DNA of 63,079 bases, filler included, from Reclinomonas americana ATCC 50394 (GCA_048213135.1; 16 parts of 16 records of this genome joined end to end with filler, not necessarily neighbours in it), one strand, 5' to 3'; shown: positions 41,345-54,500, counted from the first letter of the whole stretch. Numbers and translations: made by a program. The notes: generated by a model from the letters alone, not told the origin.

Positions 41345-42134
41345 GGTAGTGTGTGGGGGGTGAGAGGGTGGAAGGGGGAGGAGAGGGAAGGAAAAGGGGG
41401 AGAGGGTGAGGATTCGCTCTGCGAAAAAAAAAGGAGGTGGTGTGAGAAGTCGTCGAAAATTCGCGCACCTTCTGTACAACAATTCAGTCACCAACAACAA
41501 CAACAACTTTACTAATCCAAACAGCAGCAGCTGCATGATGATCACCATCTTGAGTGAGCACCAGAAACTCAGACATCACGAGAAAAGCGAGAAAAAGTCG
41601 AGATGGCTAATGCTGGCGTTTCTGCAAGAGAAACCACGGCTCATGACAAGCATGGATTTGACGCCGAATTCCACAAAGGGCAACAGGTGTCTTGATGACC
41701 TAGTTCAACCGTATCCAAAACATCAACACAGACACCAATCTTGAGGGCAGCGACCGGTTCCTTGCGTGCGTGTGTTCGCTCTCGGAGCTCCGAACAAGTC
41801 GAGAACTGCGATCTTCACCGCATAAGCGTGGTTGACCAGTGGATTTGACGCACTTGCATATAGACGCATAGCGTTTTCTGCGATCGTACACGGCACATCG
41901 AATTCGGGAAAAGGCCATAGCCAGGCAAATAAAGCAAAGCCGGGTCCGGATCCGTGAAGCAGGCAAAGCAAAAGCAGACAGTGGTGGTGTCGCGATCGTA
42001 CGTTGGTGGAGTGGTTGGAACAGAAGAGAGCTTGTCATGTTGTTGGTGAGGCTCATATCGGTGGTGGCTGATGGTAGGCGCAGTTGTTGTTGTTGTCATT
42101 GTTGTCGCATCAGTGATTTCAACACTGTGAGAGC

Positions 42135-42455
42135 CACTGACCGGTGGCCATGGCCGCACAGTGAGAAACAAGAGGACTGAGGGTTGAAGACGACGTTGAC
42201 CACAGACACGGTGTTGTAGTTGTTGTCGTCGTCGTTATGTACAGGTGATGGCGGTGGAGGGGAAGAACGTGCAAGACATGCTGGTTGCGTGAAAGCAAGG
42301 CCAGTGTCAGCACTGACCGGTGGCCGCACAGTGAGAAACAAGAGAGGACTGAGGAAAGCGACGTTGACCACAGACACAGTGCCGTTGTTGTTGTTGCTGT
42401 CATTATGTACATCTACTGCAAAGTGGAGGCGAAAAACGTGCAAGACATGCTGGCT
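42135..42455. repeat. Two ~170-bp imperfect direct repeats, intergenic
   Basis: CACTGACCGGTGGCC..GCACAGTGAGAAACAAGA..GACGTTGACCACAGACAC..AACGTGCAAGACATGCTGG at ~42135 and ~42311. Confidence 0.8.
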
Positions 42456-42710
42456 GTGTAAGAGAAAAGACGACCGATCGCCGTGTGTTGCAGCTGTCAC
42501 GCACACGCGCTTGTACATGCAGCTCTGCACGTACACGTACACTGTACGTTGGCAGAGTCTCAGAGACGCAGTGTCTCAAACAGAGTACTCGCGAGTGTTC
42601 GAGTTTTTTTGCAAGTGAAATTGCTCTTCTGCAACACCGTCACGCGCACTCTCCTCTCCTCTCTCGCACTGCTACATGCTCGTGGTCATCTCTCCCTTTG
42701 ATGGAGAAGG

Positions 42711-42736
42711 AAAAAAAAAAAGAAAAAATAAAAAAA
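42711..42736 (-). terminator. Pol III oligo-T terminator of the tRNA gene
   Basis: T runs begin 6 nt downstream of the tRNA 3' end on the minus strand. Confidence 0.75.
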
Positions 42737-42742
42737 GTTACA

Positions 42743-42814
42743 AGGCATCGCCATGTATCGATCATGGTGCCTGTGGGTTATGAGCCCACCGCTCTACCTT
42801 TGAGCTACGATGCC
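42743..42814 (-). tRNA. tRNA-Met(CAT), initiator-like
   Basis: Cloverleaf GGCATCG-TA-GCTC-AAAGGTA-GAGC-G-GTGGG-CTCATAA-CCCAC-AGGCA-CCATG-ATCGATA-CATGG-CGATGCC-T, followed by oligo-T. Confidence 0.9.
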
Positions 42815-43571
42815 AACAACGNNNNNNNNNNNNNNNNNNNNNNNNNNNNNNNNNNNNNNNNNNNNTTAATTAATTAANNNNNNNNNNNNNNNNNNNNNNN
42901 NNNNNNNNNNNNNNNNNNNNNTATAAGAGAGGGAAATGATCGTGCGGCACCCATGCACCAGCAGGGAGAGAGGAGAGAAGTGAGGAGAGAGAGACGGGGC
43001 GAGATAAGGAGAGGAGGGAGAAGAGAGAGAGAAGCGTGTGTGTGTGCATAACGCGTGCAGTGATACATCCTTCACAGCGCGCATTTTGCAACAGTTGAAC
43101 TGCTGTGTCTCAGCACGCACTCTGCTTCTCTCATCCCTCTCGCGCGCACAATGTTACGCACACATGCGCACACTGTGCACACGCACATGCACTCTCACAC
43201 AACAAGATAAGAAGCGCGAATCAGTCGACCGGCCTTCCGCCATCAATCAATCACGGCGACCACTGTGCCTCGCGCGCGCGTGTGTGTGTCTGTCGCATCG
43301 CACAATGGAGAGGTACGCACTGTGCGCTTACTCATAAATAGAAGAGCGAGAGAACGAGAGAGAAAAAGCACACATTCATCACAGTGCATCACTTGCATTT
43401 TGAGTGTGCGTGTGTGTCTCTCTCGCTCTTGCACGCCACCTCTTCGCTCACTGCTACTGCTCTCCATTGCCGGAGATGTGCCCTCTCTCCACGCTGTGTC
43501 TGTTTATTGATTTCTGGTGTGCTCGCACAGATGGTCGCGCAGCAGCAGGCGGCGGCGAGCACATGTGCTTT

Positions 43572-43799
43572 TCTGGTCAATGTTGTTGCTACTGGTGGTG
43601 ATGATGACGTAGTTGCGTCTCTCTGTCTCTCGCTGCGTTGGTCGGCTCGTTGGAAGCACGCGCTGCTTCAATCGCTGTTGAACCTTGCATTTTTTGTCGA
43701 TGCTGATCACCATCTTGCCCAACTCTCTCTCGCTCTTTGCTCTCCATTCTTCTCATCCTCCCTTCAGTTCCATTTTCTTCCTCTCTTTCTTTCTTTCTT

Positions 43800-43831
<32 letters not shown>

Positions 43832-44492
43832 TCTCTTTCACTTCTTCTTCCTTTTTCACGCTCACTTTCCATCGTTGGTTCCTTCACTCTCTCCTCTCTT
43901 CATGTCTTTCTGGCTAATGTTGTTGCTGCTGCTGGTGATGGTGACGTAGTTGCGTCTCTCTGTCTCTCGCTGCATTGGTCGGCTCGTTGGAAGCAGGCGC
44001 TTCTTCAATCCCTGTTGAACCTTGCATTTTTTGTCGATGCTGATCACTATCTTGCCCAACTCTCTCTCTCTCTCTTTGCTCTCCATTCTTCTCATCCTCC
44101 CTTCAGTTCCATTCTCTTCCTCTCTGTCTCTTTCACTTCTTCGTCTTCCACTCTCTCTTTCTCTCTCTCTTCTTCCTTTTTCATTCTCACTATCCATTGT
44201 TGTTCTCTTCGCTTGCTCTCTCTCCCCCATCGTTTGCTGGTTCATGTTCTTGCTGCTGGAAGTGACGATGACGTGTCTCCCTCTCGCTGCGTTGGTCGGC
44301 TCGTCAGAAGCAGACGCTGCTTCAATCGCGTTTCGCCCTTGCATTTTTTGTCGATGCTGATCTCTCTCTCCTTTCTCTCTCCCTCTCTCACGCAAACTTG
44401 TTGCCCTTCAGTCGTTTTCCGGTTCCTGTTGACTTTCTTTTCTCTCTCCCTGCCTTGGTCGGCTCGTTGGAAGCACGCGCTTCTTCAATCGC
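43572..44492. repeat. About 3 tandem copies of a ~335-bp unit (third degenerate, plus a partial fourth)
   Basis: GACGTAGTTGCGTCTCTCTGTCTCTCGCTGC.TTGGTCGGCTCGTTGGAAGCA.GCGC..CTTCAATC...CTTGCATTTTTTGTCGATGCTGATC recurs at ~43605, ~43943, ~44270 and ~44455. Confidence 0.85.
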
Positions 44493-44775
44493 ATTTTAAT
44501 GTTTACAATTGCTTCCTCCCTCCCTCCCTCCCTCCCTCCCTTCTCACTTCCCTTCCCCGCCACACAGCACCATCGACCTCACCTCCGCTCAAGAAGACAC
44601 CAGGTAACCATCTCCTCCCATCTNNNNNNNNNNNNNNNNNNNNNNNNNNNNNNNNNNNNNNNNNNNNTTAATTAATTAANNNNNNNNNNNNNNNNNNNNN
44701 NNNNNNNNNNNNNNNNNNNNNNNGACTAGAGAGGCACTGCGTTTGGTCTTCCATCTCTAATGCATGTCTGTGCAG

Positions 44776-46209
44776 ACGCCCGACGATGGAGAGTACGACG
44801 ACGATGATGATGATGAGGAGTACGAGAGCGAGGAGGAGGAGAGTGAGGAGGAGGAAGAAGAGGAGGAGGTGGTGGTCAAGCCTGTGGAGCAAGCGCCGCC
44901 GCCACCGCCGGCAGTCGACCCTGCTGTTGTCAAGCAGCAGCAGCAGCAGGTTGCGGATAGTCGACGCGCTTCGAAGGTTACGCAGCCGGAGACCATGGCG
45001 GACAGTGTGGTGGTGGAGCCGCGGCAGAGCTCGCGGGCGGTGAAGCGCCAGCAAAAGAAGCATTTGCTGAGCGAGGATGACGACGAGCATGCCGGCGAGC
45101 AGGAGGAAGAAGTGGAGGAGGAAGTTATGCAGACTGTGGAGGTGGAGGAGGCCAAGCAGCCACCCAAGCAGCTGGCGCCCGCGGAGGGTGATACCGTGCC
45201 GGCGGCGGAGCAGGGTGCCCCGAGCGAGCAGCCGCCAGCAGCGGAGACTCCCGTGTCCGCTGTTGCTCCTCCGGGTCGACGCCATCGCAAGCGCTCCAAG
45301 ACAGCAACAACGACACCGACAACCGCCGCCGACGGTCAGCCGGTGGAGCACAAGGACGACGACGCATCCTCGTCGGCCTCGTCTCGCCGTCGGCGGAGGA
45401 AAGCAAAGCACGTGGACGGCCAGGCGCCGCGTCAGCGCAGGAAACCGTCACCTCTCGGCGATCACGATGCGTCGAGTGCGGCCTCGGCCGACGGTGACTG
45501 GGAGCCGCGTTGGGACGAGAGCGCCGGCGGTGTTGTGCGCTCGGTATCCACTCCCAAGTTTGGCGATGGCGGCGGCAGCGCCGGTGGCAGCAACCGCCAG
45601 CGCGGTTTCTCGTTCAATACCAAGCCGCTGCCGTCGCCGGCGGACTGGGAGGAGGAGTGGCAGCCGGTGGTGACGCCTGCGGGCGCCAAGCAGCCGGACG
45701 AGGCCGAGGGGGAGAAGAGCAAGGGAGGAGAGGGGGAGCAGGAGGAGAAGGCGGCGGCGTCGGAGGTGACAACAGTAACGTCACCGCTGTCGGCGCGCTC
45801 GCACCCTGTGCTGCCGGTGGTGGAGTGGGAGGAGGGCTGGGAGGCTGGCGATGTGGCGTCGGCGGCGGATGGAGAAGTGGAGAAGAAGAAAGAAGAGGAG
45901 GAGAAGCAGTCGGTGGCGATACAAGTGGAGCCGGCACCATCAGGCCCCGTGGGAGATGAGAGCCATGTCAGTGTTGCTGCGCATGTGCCGCGAGTGCCGT
46001 CGGTGGTCGACGTGGAGATTCCGGTTCCTGCGGTCGAGGTGTCCGACGACGTGGATGACGAGGAGGAGGAAGAGGTGGACGATGGAGTTGGCGAGGTGAA
46101 AAAGTACGACGAGGACGAGGTGGTGGTGAAGGATAAGGAGGAGACAATAGTGGATAGCAAGGAGGTGAAGGCGGAGGTCGAGAAGGAAGAGGAGGAAGAT
46201 TTGAGATGA
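44776..46209 (+). CDS. Terminal exon of an acidic, low-complexity uncharacterised protein
   Basis: TGCAG acceptor at 44775 followed by a 1.4-kb open frame with coding-like codon usage, E/D/P/A-rich. Confidence 0.6.
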   Translation, partial: TPDDGEYDDDDDDEEYESEEEESEEEEEEEEVVVKPVEQAPPPPPAVDPAVVKQQQQQVADSRRASKVTQPETMADSVVVEPRQSSRAVKRQQKKHLLSEDDDEHAGEQEEEVEEEVMQTVEVEEAKQPPKQLAPAEGDTVPAAEQGAPSEQPPAAETPVSAVAPPGRRHRKRSKTATTTPTTAADGQPVEHKDDDASSSASSRRRRRKAKHVDGQAPRQRRKPSPLGDHDASSAASADGDWEPRWDESAGGVVRSVSTPKFGDGGGSAGGSNRQRGFSFNTKPLPSPADWEEEWQPVVTPAGAKQPDEAEGEKSKGGEGEQEEKAAASEVTTVTSPLSARSHPVLPVVEWEEGWEAGDVASAADGEVEKKKEEEEKQSVAIQVEPAPSGPVGDESHVSVAAHVPRVPSVVDVEIPVPAVEVSDDVDDEEEEEVDDGVGEVKKYDEDEVVVKDKEETIVDSKEVKAEVEKEEEEDLR

Positions 46210-46913
46210 CAATCTATAGTTAGTTAGGGCTTTTATGAAAGGAGATTTTATGGTTGAATCCAAGGGAGGCGGCAGAGAGTTGCGAACGCAGATGTGAAGT
46301 AGTGCAAGGATAGGAGGTCCAGGTTTGTAACAGTACAAAATGGGGAGTGGTCCCCTCGACTACAGCAGCGCGAGAGACTGACGGACTGCAAGTGGCAAAA
46401 GTCAGTCAGAATGGCAGAAAGGGCACATCTCATCCTCCTTCGGCAGTGCAGAAAGGTGACAGAGAAGCAATTGACTTCGAGAACACCGAGGGATCGCAAG
46501 TGACAAGTTGGCAGACTGCGATCTCCAAGTCATCGACATTGCACGCGTGCTTGAAGAAGTCAGAGTCTCCTTCGTCCTCCTTCGGCACTGCGGAAAGGTG
46601 ATGTAGGATCCGGAAAACCGAGGTAGCAGACTGCGATCTCGAAGTCAGAAGGCAAGTCTCTGTGCACGTGATGGAGAACACGGAAGGGATCCGGACACAA
46701 TTAATTTGTGATGTGGAAGTCGTCGTTTCTTGCTTCAAGTGAAACCGCTCGTTCCCGTTCTCTTGCTGACAGAGGAGCCNNNNNNNNNNNNNNNNNNNNN
46801 NNNNNNNNNNNNNNNNNNNNNNNTTAATTAATTAANNNNNNNNNNNNNNNNNNNNNNNNNNNNNNNNNNNNNNNNNNNNCGGTTTGTTCTGATCTTTGTC
46901 GTGCTTTCTATTC

Positions 46914-46949
<36 letters not shown>

Positions 46950-47299
46950 CCGTTCCTTCCTTTTCCTTTCTGCTGTCTTTCGTGTCCACCCTCTCTGTGT
47001 CTCTCACTTCCATACCCTTCTCATATCTTTCTTCCGTTTCCTCCTTTCTCCTTCGCCTTCTCTCTTGTCCACCCTCGCTCTGTGTCTCTCCCTTCCATAC
47101 TCTTCTCATGTCATTCTTCCGTTTCTTCCTTTCTCCCCTGCCGTCCCTCCTTTCCGCCTTCTCTCTCCCTCTCTCTTTCATACCCTCTTTGCATGTCTTT
47201 CTTCCGCTTTTTTCTTCCGCACTCAACTTGCCTTCCCTCCTTTCCACTCTTCGTCTTCCTTTCCGCTCTCTCTCTCTCTCTCTCTCTCTCTGCGTGCAG

Positions 47300-47628
47300 G
47301 CGGAGCGCGAGGACGAAATGCTGGAGGAACTGGCCTTTGCGAATGTGACGGGTGCTGCGGCGGCGGCTGCTGCTGCTGTGGATCCATTGGTGCCGGCGGT
47401 GCCGAGCGCGGTTGCTGGCGCTGCCAGTGGCTCACAGGGTCCCTCGCCCGTTGTCACTCCTCGGGAGACTGTCAAGCGTTGCGTTCCTTTTCTTTGGCAG
47501 AGGGAAGGGCACGATCCATATCTCCAATCTTGCCTCATTATGTGCATTCTCCCTTCACAGCTCCGAAGAAGAAGAAGGCCAAGAGGCGCACCATTGAGGA
47601 TTTTGAGATCCGACCAAAGGAGTTTTGA
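47300..47628 (+). CDS. 3' exons of an uncharacterised gene (ends PKKKKAKRRTIEDFEIRPKEF*)
   Basis: CAG acceptors at 47299 and 47560 after pyrimidine tracts; NLS-like basic patch. Confidence 0.4.
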
Positions 47629-47942
47629 GGAAGTGAACGCTGATATGGTTTTGCATTCTCCTGATGACACACCGGCGCGGCGCTGCTTTGCCGGTACTGC
47701 GCGAACATGGATTGCATTTCTCTCTGGGTCGCACCGGCGCAGCACTGCATAGCGGTTGCTCAATGATACAACAATAAGAGTCAGGCGCCACTATTATGTA
47801 TACTGGCATGGATTTGTCACATTGTTTTCTTGATGGACAACTTCTCCAGCGGATGATCCGACAAAGGAGTACAGGAAGGATAACATGGATTTGTATTTCT
47901 CCTAATGCCACACCGGCGCAGCACTGCATTGCGGGTGCTTGC

Positions 47943-50334
47943 TTACTTGATGGACAGCTTCTTCCAATCAATGGGTTGACTGCCGATGCGCTTCAGGAAT
48001 TTGTTGGTCTGGCTGAACGGCTTGGAGCCGAAGAAGCCACGATATGCACTCAACGGGCTCGGGTGGGCGGCTGCACGGCACCAATAGTCAGGAATGTAGG
48101 TGGAATGCGGGCGACATTCTCACGAAGCGACGCAACATCGAATGATGTAATGGTGGTCCTCGTTCAGGCTCTGGCCCTTCTTCTGGGCGTGATCGCCCCA
48201 CAGGATGAAGACCACTCTGCGAAGCAGCACAAATCAACATCTACTTGTCGCCAGAGAGTGCACCTGCTCACATACCCTCGTTTTCTCCGATTGACCACAT
48301 CAATGACGGCGTCGGTGAATGTCTGCCAGCCACTCTTGGCGTGCGACGCCGGTTTGTGCGCCTGCACCGTAAGCGTGGCATTGAGCATCAGCACGCCCTG
48401 CTTCGCCCAGCCCTTCAAGTGGCCATGCTGCGGGACTTTGAAGCCACGAATATCGCTCTTGAGCTCATTGAAAATGTTGCGCAGCGATGGTGGGACCTGC
48501 GGAGAACAGAGGCAAAGAGAGAATGAGGGACGAAGAGGCGAGAGACGAACGACGAGGCGAGAGACGAACGACGAGGCGAGAGAGACGACGAGGCGCGAGA
48601 GACGACGAGGCGCGAGAGACGACGAGGCGCGAGAGACGACGAGGCGCGAGAGACAACGAGGCGAGAGAGACAACGAGGCGAGAGAGACAACGAGGCGAGA
48701 GAGACAACGAGGCGAGAGAGACAACTAGGCGAGAGAGACGACGAGGCGAGAGAGACGACGAGGCGAGAGAGACGACGAGGCGAGAGAGACGACGAGGCGA
48801 GAGAGACGACGAGGTGAGAGAGACGACGAGGTGAGAGAGACGACGAGGCGAGAGACAACGAGACGAGATACGACGAGGCGAGAGACAACGAGGCTANNNN
48901 NNNNNNNNNNNNNNNNNNNNNNNNNNNNNNNNNNNNNNNNTTAATTAATTAANNNNNNNNNNNNNNNNNNNNNNNNNNNNNNNNNNNNNNNNNNNNTACG
49001 CGCTTCGCCTCCTGCTCCACCAGGAACTCCTTGAGCTCGACAAAATACGGCTCGTCCCACTCGCAAGCGAGGTGCGGCAGCCACGAGTGGTGCATGAGGT
49101 GCTCCAGACGCGTGAATGTGTTGGCTGCGCAAAGTGAGCAAGAGAGGGGAAGGGGGCGAGGGGCACACGGTGAGAACCTTCCATGGCCTCCGCTCGTAAC
49201 CGAATGGCCTCGACAATCTGCTCCTCGCTCAGCGGCACCGGTGGATCGTGATCGATCACTGGAATGGGCTCCGAGCGGCAGCGTCGCACGAGGGCCTGCT
49301 ATGGCAATGAGAAACTCACTGCCTTACACACAGAGAGCGAGAGATAGACCGCGTACCGCATACGTCTTTTTCGGGGTGACTTCCCCATCGTCGTCGTCCA
49401 CACCACCATCACCTGCAACAGCGCAGCTAGTCAATTTTGTGCTTCGCACACAGTGTATCATGGATGAAACGCAACTCTCCATGGCCTCATCCTCATCCTC
49501 CTCCTCGTCGTCTTCATCCTCCTCCTCGCCCTCGCCCTCCTCATCCTCTTCGTCCTCTTCTTCTTCTTGCTCTTCCTCGTCGCTTTCTCGCTCTCGTTGA
49601 ACGCCCACCGGCTCTGTTTGTGCGCGTCCAAGAGCGGCGCCATCCTCTGCGAAGGTGCATGTGTCAGCTCAATGCTGTTTTCACGCCGTAGACATATTCG
49701 ACAATCAAAAAACCTGGCGGCGTGCTCTCGCTGTGCGGGCTCTCCTCGTCGCCAGCCTCGTCGTCCTCAGCACCTGCTCCGCCATCGCAGTCTGCGCAAG
49801 GGAAATGAGCAACGAAGAGAATGGCGAAGGGAGCAGAGCATGTGAGCCGGCGAGAGGTCAAGCGGACAACAAGGAACGAGATCTCAACAGCAAATGCTTG
49901 TCACAAGAAGACCGAGAAAAGAGAAGCGCCGCCTCTCCCGATTGGTTCCTGTCTCCCGCTCACTCAATCTGTACCCCTGCATCTTTTCTGTGAGCTCTGA
50001 TTGCAGCCAGCTGCAAGCTTCACCCTCTCGCGCACAAGAGGCAAGCACAAGACGCCCAAGTCACTTTTCCGCTCTAACTCCTCACTGCTTGCACAACGAT
50101 AGTCTGTCTCTCTTGGGAGGCAAAGGAGAACAAGGATGTTGGTAATGAGAGAGAGAGAGAGAGAGCTGGGGAAGAGGTGGGAAGTGAAAAGGAAGAGCAA
50201 GACGTAAAGAGAAAAGGAAGAAAGAGTGAACATCTTCTCTGTTTCTCGCTTTCTCATTCTCAACATCTTCGTTCTCTTTCGCCTCCTCTCTCTCGGAGCA
50301 TCTCCTTCTTTGGGTGTCTCTGTGCACCTCTGGC

Positions 50335-50370
<36 letters not shown>

Positions 50371-50538
50371 CTTTCTCGGTCTCCCTGACTCTCGCTTTTT
50401 CTCAACATCCTCGTTCTCCTTTGCCTCCTCTCTCTCTCAGCGTCTCTCTTTCCTTGGTGTCTCTGTGCAACTCGGGCGTTTCCCTCCTTTCCTCCATATA
50501 TCTCTCTCTCCCTCACTCTCGTTCTTTCTCGTCTCCTC

Positions 50539-50573
<35 letters not shown>

Positions 50574-50940
50574 GTTCTTTCTCAGTGCCTCTCTTCCCCT
50601 GCTCCCTTTGCCCCCTCCCTTCCCTTCCCCGCAACCCACCATCACCACTCATCCTCCGCCTCTTCCTCTCCGGCTCCTCTTCCCCTCCCTCCTCCTTCTC
50701 CTTCTCCTTCTCCCCTTGCTCCTCCTCCTGCGCCATTCGCCTCAACTCGGCCGTCCTCTTTCTCGTCATCGGCGACCCGCCTGGCGACCCGAAAAACGCA
50801 CCACTGCTGACGACTGGAGTGCTCACACTGCGCGACAAGAGAGCGCGTTTGCGCTGCTTGCGCGCCACCGCAGAGCTGCTTGTCTGGCGCACAACTGCAG
50901 CAGCAGACGAGTCGCCCACGACCTCGGAGGGAGACTGAGG
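47943..50940 (-). CDS. UNG: Uracil-DNA glycosylase (family 1) with a long low-complexity N-terminal extension; the GQDPY exon is presumably in the gap
   Basis: [109 protein letters not shown]. Linkage of the exons above ~49100 is inferred. Confidence 0.92.
48535..48895. repeat. 17-bp minisatellite (GAGAGAGACGACGAGGC)n in a UNG intron
   Basis: Directly visible tandem array of about 20 copies running into a gap. Confidence 0.9.
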
Positions 50941-50992
50941 CGCAAAGGAGAGGCGACGCTGGCGGACTGTAAGAGAGAGAGACAGAGAGAGT

Positions 50993-51074
<82 letters not shown>

Positions 51075-51597
51075 GAGGAGAGAGAGAGGAGGAGGAGGAA
51101 GGAAAGGAAAGGGAAGGGAAGGGAGGAGGANNNNNNNNNNNNNNNNNNNNNNNNNNNNNNNNNNNNNNNNNNNNTTAATTAATTAANNNNNNNNNNNNNN
51201 NNNNNNNNNNNNNNNNNNNNNNNNNNNNNNCTCTCTCTCTCTATTGTCAGTTGGAGTTTGGTGAATCAAGGCAAACCCCCTCGGAAATTCCTGTGCGCGG
51301 GAAAGTGACTTTTTTTGTGTGGATTTTGCCATGGTGATACGCTTACTGTGAGGCTTTTCCCTCCTCTCGCAAGCACAGGAAACAGAGAGAGGAAAACGCA
51401 GCGACTTCAAAGTCGAAGTCGACGTCGCTGACTTCGGCGAGGCTTCGTCGCCTTTCTTTTAGCACCGCTTGTCTCAATTCATTGGTTGGTGAGAGAAAGA
51501 AATAGAGCACGCAGCACAAGAGAAACGTGCGGGAAACAGAGAGGGAGGAGGGAGACAAGCAGTGGTGCGATGAAACGAGAGCAAATATATAGGGGAA

Positions 51598-54500
51598 CTA
51601 ACTGGAACCGGAAGCGGCAGCAGACGCCACGTCGAAGCGTTCCGTCATGTACGCCAAATGCCGCACCAGGCCGTGATCCTGGAATCCCCAGCACTGTGCA
51701 CCAAAACTCATCAGCGAGCGATACGACTTCTCCTCTTCTCTGTGAAATCTCTTCTCCGTCGCTAGCTTATTTCACTCATCTCTCTTCTGCTTCCACTCTC
51801 TTATTTTTCTCTCTTCCCTCTTTACTCGCCCCTCTTCCTCTCTCCGTTCTCTCTCACCTCCCCCCATCGACCTCTCCCTCTGTGTGTGTCAATCTTCTGT
51901 CTCCTCGCTTCTCCTCTGTCTTCTCTTCTCCCTCGCCGATGCCCTCTTCCCTCTCACTTCCTCTTTCTCTTCCTCTTTTGTTCCTCTTTCCTCTCACTCT
52001 CCATCTCCCCCAATCCTTCCCCACTGACGCAACGTAAAAAGAGCGGACATGCGGTCCCGAGTGGCTCTTCTGGCGCACCTTCAGGCGTGCGACCAGCGGA
52101 CCAGTGGGCGTTGGCGCCGAGTACGCCTCACCCGATCCCTCGCTCGTCAGCGTGTAAATTGGACCCGACTGGTCGGGGGTGTCGGTGATGCGCAGCATCC
52201 ACTCCTCGCCCGCGTACGGACCATTGGCAATCGTCCATCGCGCCGTGTAGCCCATGGGCACGGCAAACTGCACGTAGAAAGAGATTTCTGAGCATCTGTG
52301 TGTCGTCACCCCTGAGTCACCGCGATCCACTCACCACCACGCCCGACGAATTCAGCATGTATCGCGAGTCGACGCGGCACTTCGGGTGCGGTGCACCGAG
52401 ATCCAGCACCGTGATCGAGCCAGGAATGGAGCACTGGTAAGGGGCCGCCAGTCGGTCGTTCTCGCTGAGGGCCATGGCCGAGAGGGCGGCGGCCGTGGCT
52501 TGTCCTGCGCTGGCCGGTTTCTGTGGAGGCGATATGGTATGAGATAAGAATCGCAATACGCACTCTGATTTGAAACCCTCGACCTTTTCTCTCACTCTTC
52601 TGCCTAATCTCTCTCTCTTTCTATTCGCCTCCTCCACTATCGATGAATAGTAACACGAAACTCTGCCTCGCTCATACTCTACTCGACATCACTGCATACC
52701 CGCAACGAGCCATACACGAAGTCTACTGCAGCCATCCACTGCTTGCTCCACGCTGTCTAGTTGTTTCACTTACTCAGCGCATGTATCTGTCTTCCCCTAA
52801 TCCCAAGCACAGCTCCCCTTAGTCATACAAAACACCAGCACATAAATACGTGCACAAAAACAAACTCACTCACTCTCACACACTTTCGCACATACAAACA
52901 CACACGGCACGGAAAACACAAGAGTACAACACCTTCGCACGCGCACACACATACACCACTCAACCCTCTGCTCCTAATCACTCTCACACATCCCCCTCCC
53001 CTTCCCCCATCACCCCCTTCCCCCTTTCCCTTTCATCCCCTTTGCCCCATCACCCCCAACCACGCACCCTCCCACCCGCCGACTTGGGCGTGCTGCTGGT
53101 GGTCGACACCTGCGACCCAGTCGGCGTGGACACCGTACCGTACCCACCGGCCGCAGCGGCCGCCGAAGCCGCCGCCACCGGGGTCGATGCGGACGCTGAG
53201 GCAGAGGACGCCGGAGGGCCGCGCTTCTTCGGCTTCGGCACCACCTCCTCGTAGCTGTCGTCGTCGTCGCCGTCGTCGTTCTCGTCCATGATGAAATCCG
53301 ACGACTTGCTTCCGCCGTCATCATCATCGTCGGCACCCTCGCCTGCCGCCACCGCCGCCGCTACGGTCGCCTGCTGGCTGGCCTTGCCGACACTTTTTCT
53401 CTTCTTGCGGCCCGAACCCGACTTGCCGCGTCCCTCCTCGTCCTCGTCGAGCGCGTCGTCCTCGTCAAACTCATCCGACTCATCAAAGTCCATCGACTCG
53501 TCGCTGTCGCCCTCCTCGTCCTCGTCCTCCTCGTCGTCGTCGCCCAGCGACTCGTCGTCCATGTCTTCATCGTCGTCCTCGTCGTGCGTGTCGTCGTCAC
53601 CGCGCTTCTCCGACCCGTCATCGGCCAGCTTGATCGACGCAAACGTGCGTCCCTCGGACGGCTCACCCGACTCGGACGACAGCGGTCCGCTGGCCAGTCC
53701 GGCACGGCGGCCGCGACCGGAGCCCGGTGGGCGACCACGACGCTTGCCCGACGGCGTCGTCTGCTTCGAGGCGCTTCTCGTGCTGTAGCCGGTCCATGAA
53801 GGGGGTTGGCGGTTGCGGCGTGGACTGCAACCCAGAAAGCGGAGGAGAGGAAGTAGAGAGAGAGAAACCATGTTAGTCATTGCCGCTCCACAAAAGCCAC
53901 CATTTTTCCCCCACTGCCCGCTTTTCCNNNNNNNNNNNNNNNNNNNNNNNNNNNNNNNNNNNNNNNNNNNNTTAATTAATTAANNNNNNNNNNNNNNNNN
54001 NNNNNNNNNNNNNNNNNNNNNNNNNNNAGAGAGAGAGAGAGAGAGAAATGGAAGAACATGAGCGTGGGTGGGAAGGAAGAAAGGGAGAAACAATATGCAG
54101 AGAAACACAGAGGCAGACAAGCAGACGGACAGAGAGAGAGAACACAGACTACCAGCAAGTGAAGTACAGCAACAGTGAACGTGCATTACATGTTGAAAGA
54201 TACGCTCTCTCCCTCTCCCTCTCCCTTTCCGCTCTCCCTTTCCCTCTCCCTCTCCCTCTCCCTCTCCCTCTCCATCTTCCCTCTCCCTCTCCCTCTCCCT
54301 CCCCCGGGTACGCACGATTGAGCCAGCGACACGAGGTCATCTGACGACGCAATCTCCAGGAACAGCAGCGGCACAAACGGCAAAGCGTCGAACGGGCCAT
54401 TCTGCGACAGCAGGAAGAAGGCGACCAGGCGCGAGATAATCGGCTCCACCTTCGGCTTGCCCGAGATGCGGTTCAGCACAGGCAGCAGGCACTGCTCCGA

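Noticed and set aside
47796..48728. 310-aa + strand ORF
   Set aside because: Antisense to UNG exons and runs into a minisatellite.
48535..48895. Possible CRISPR array
   Set aside because: Head-to-tail 17-bp units with no unique spacers, inside a eukaryotic intron.
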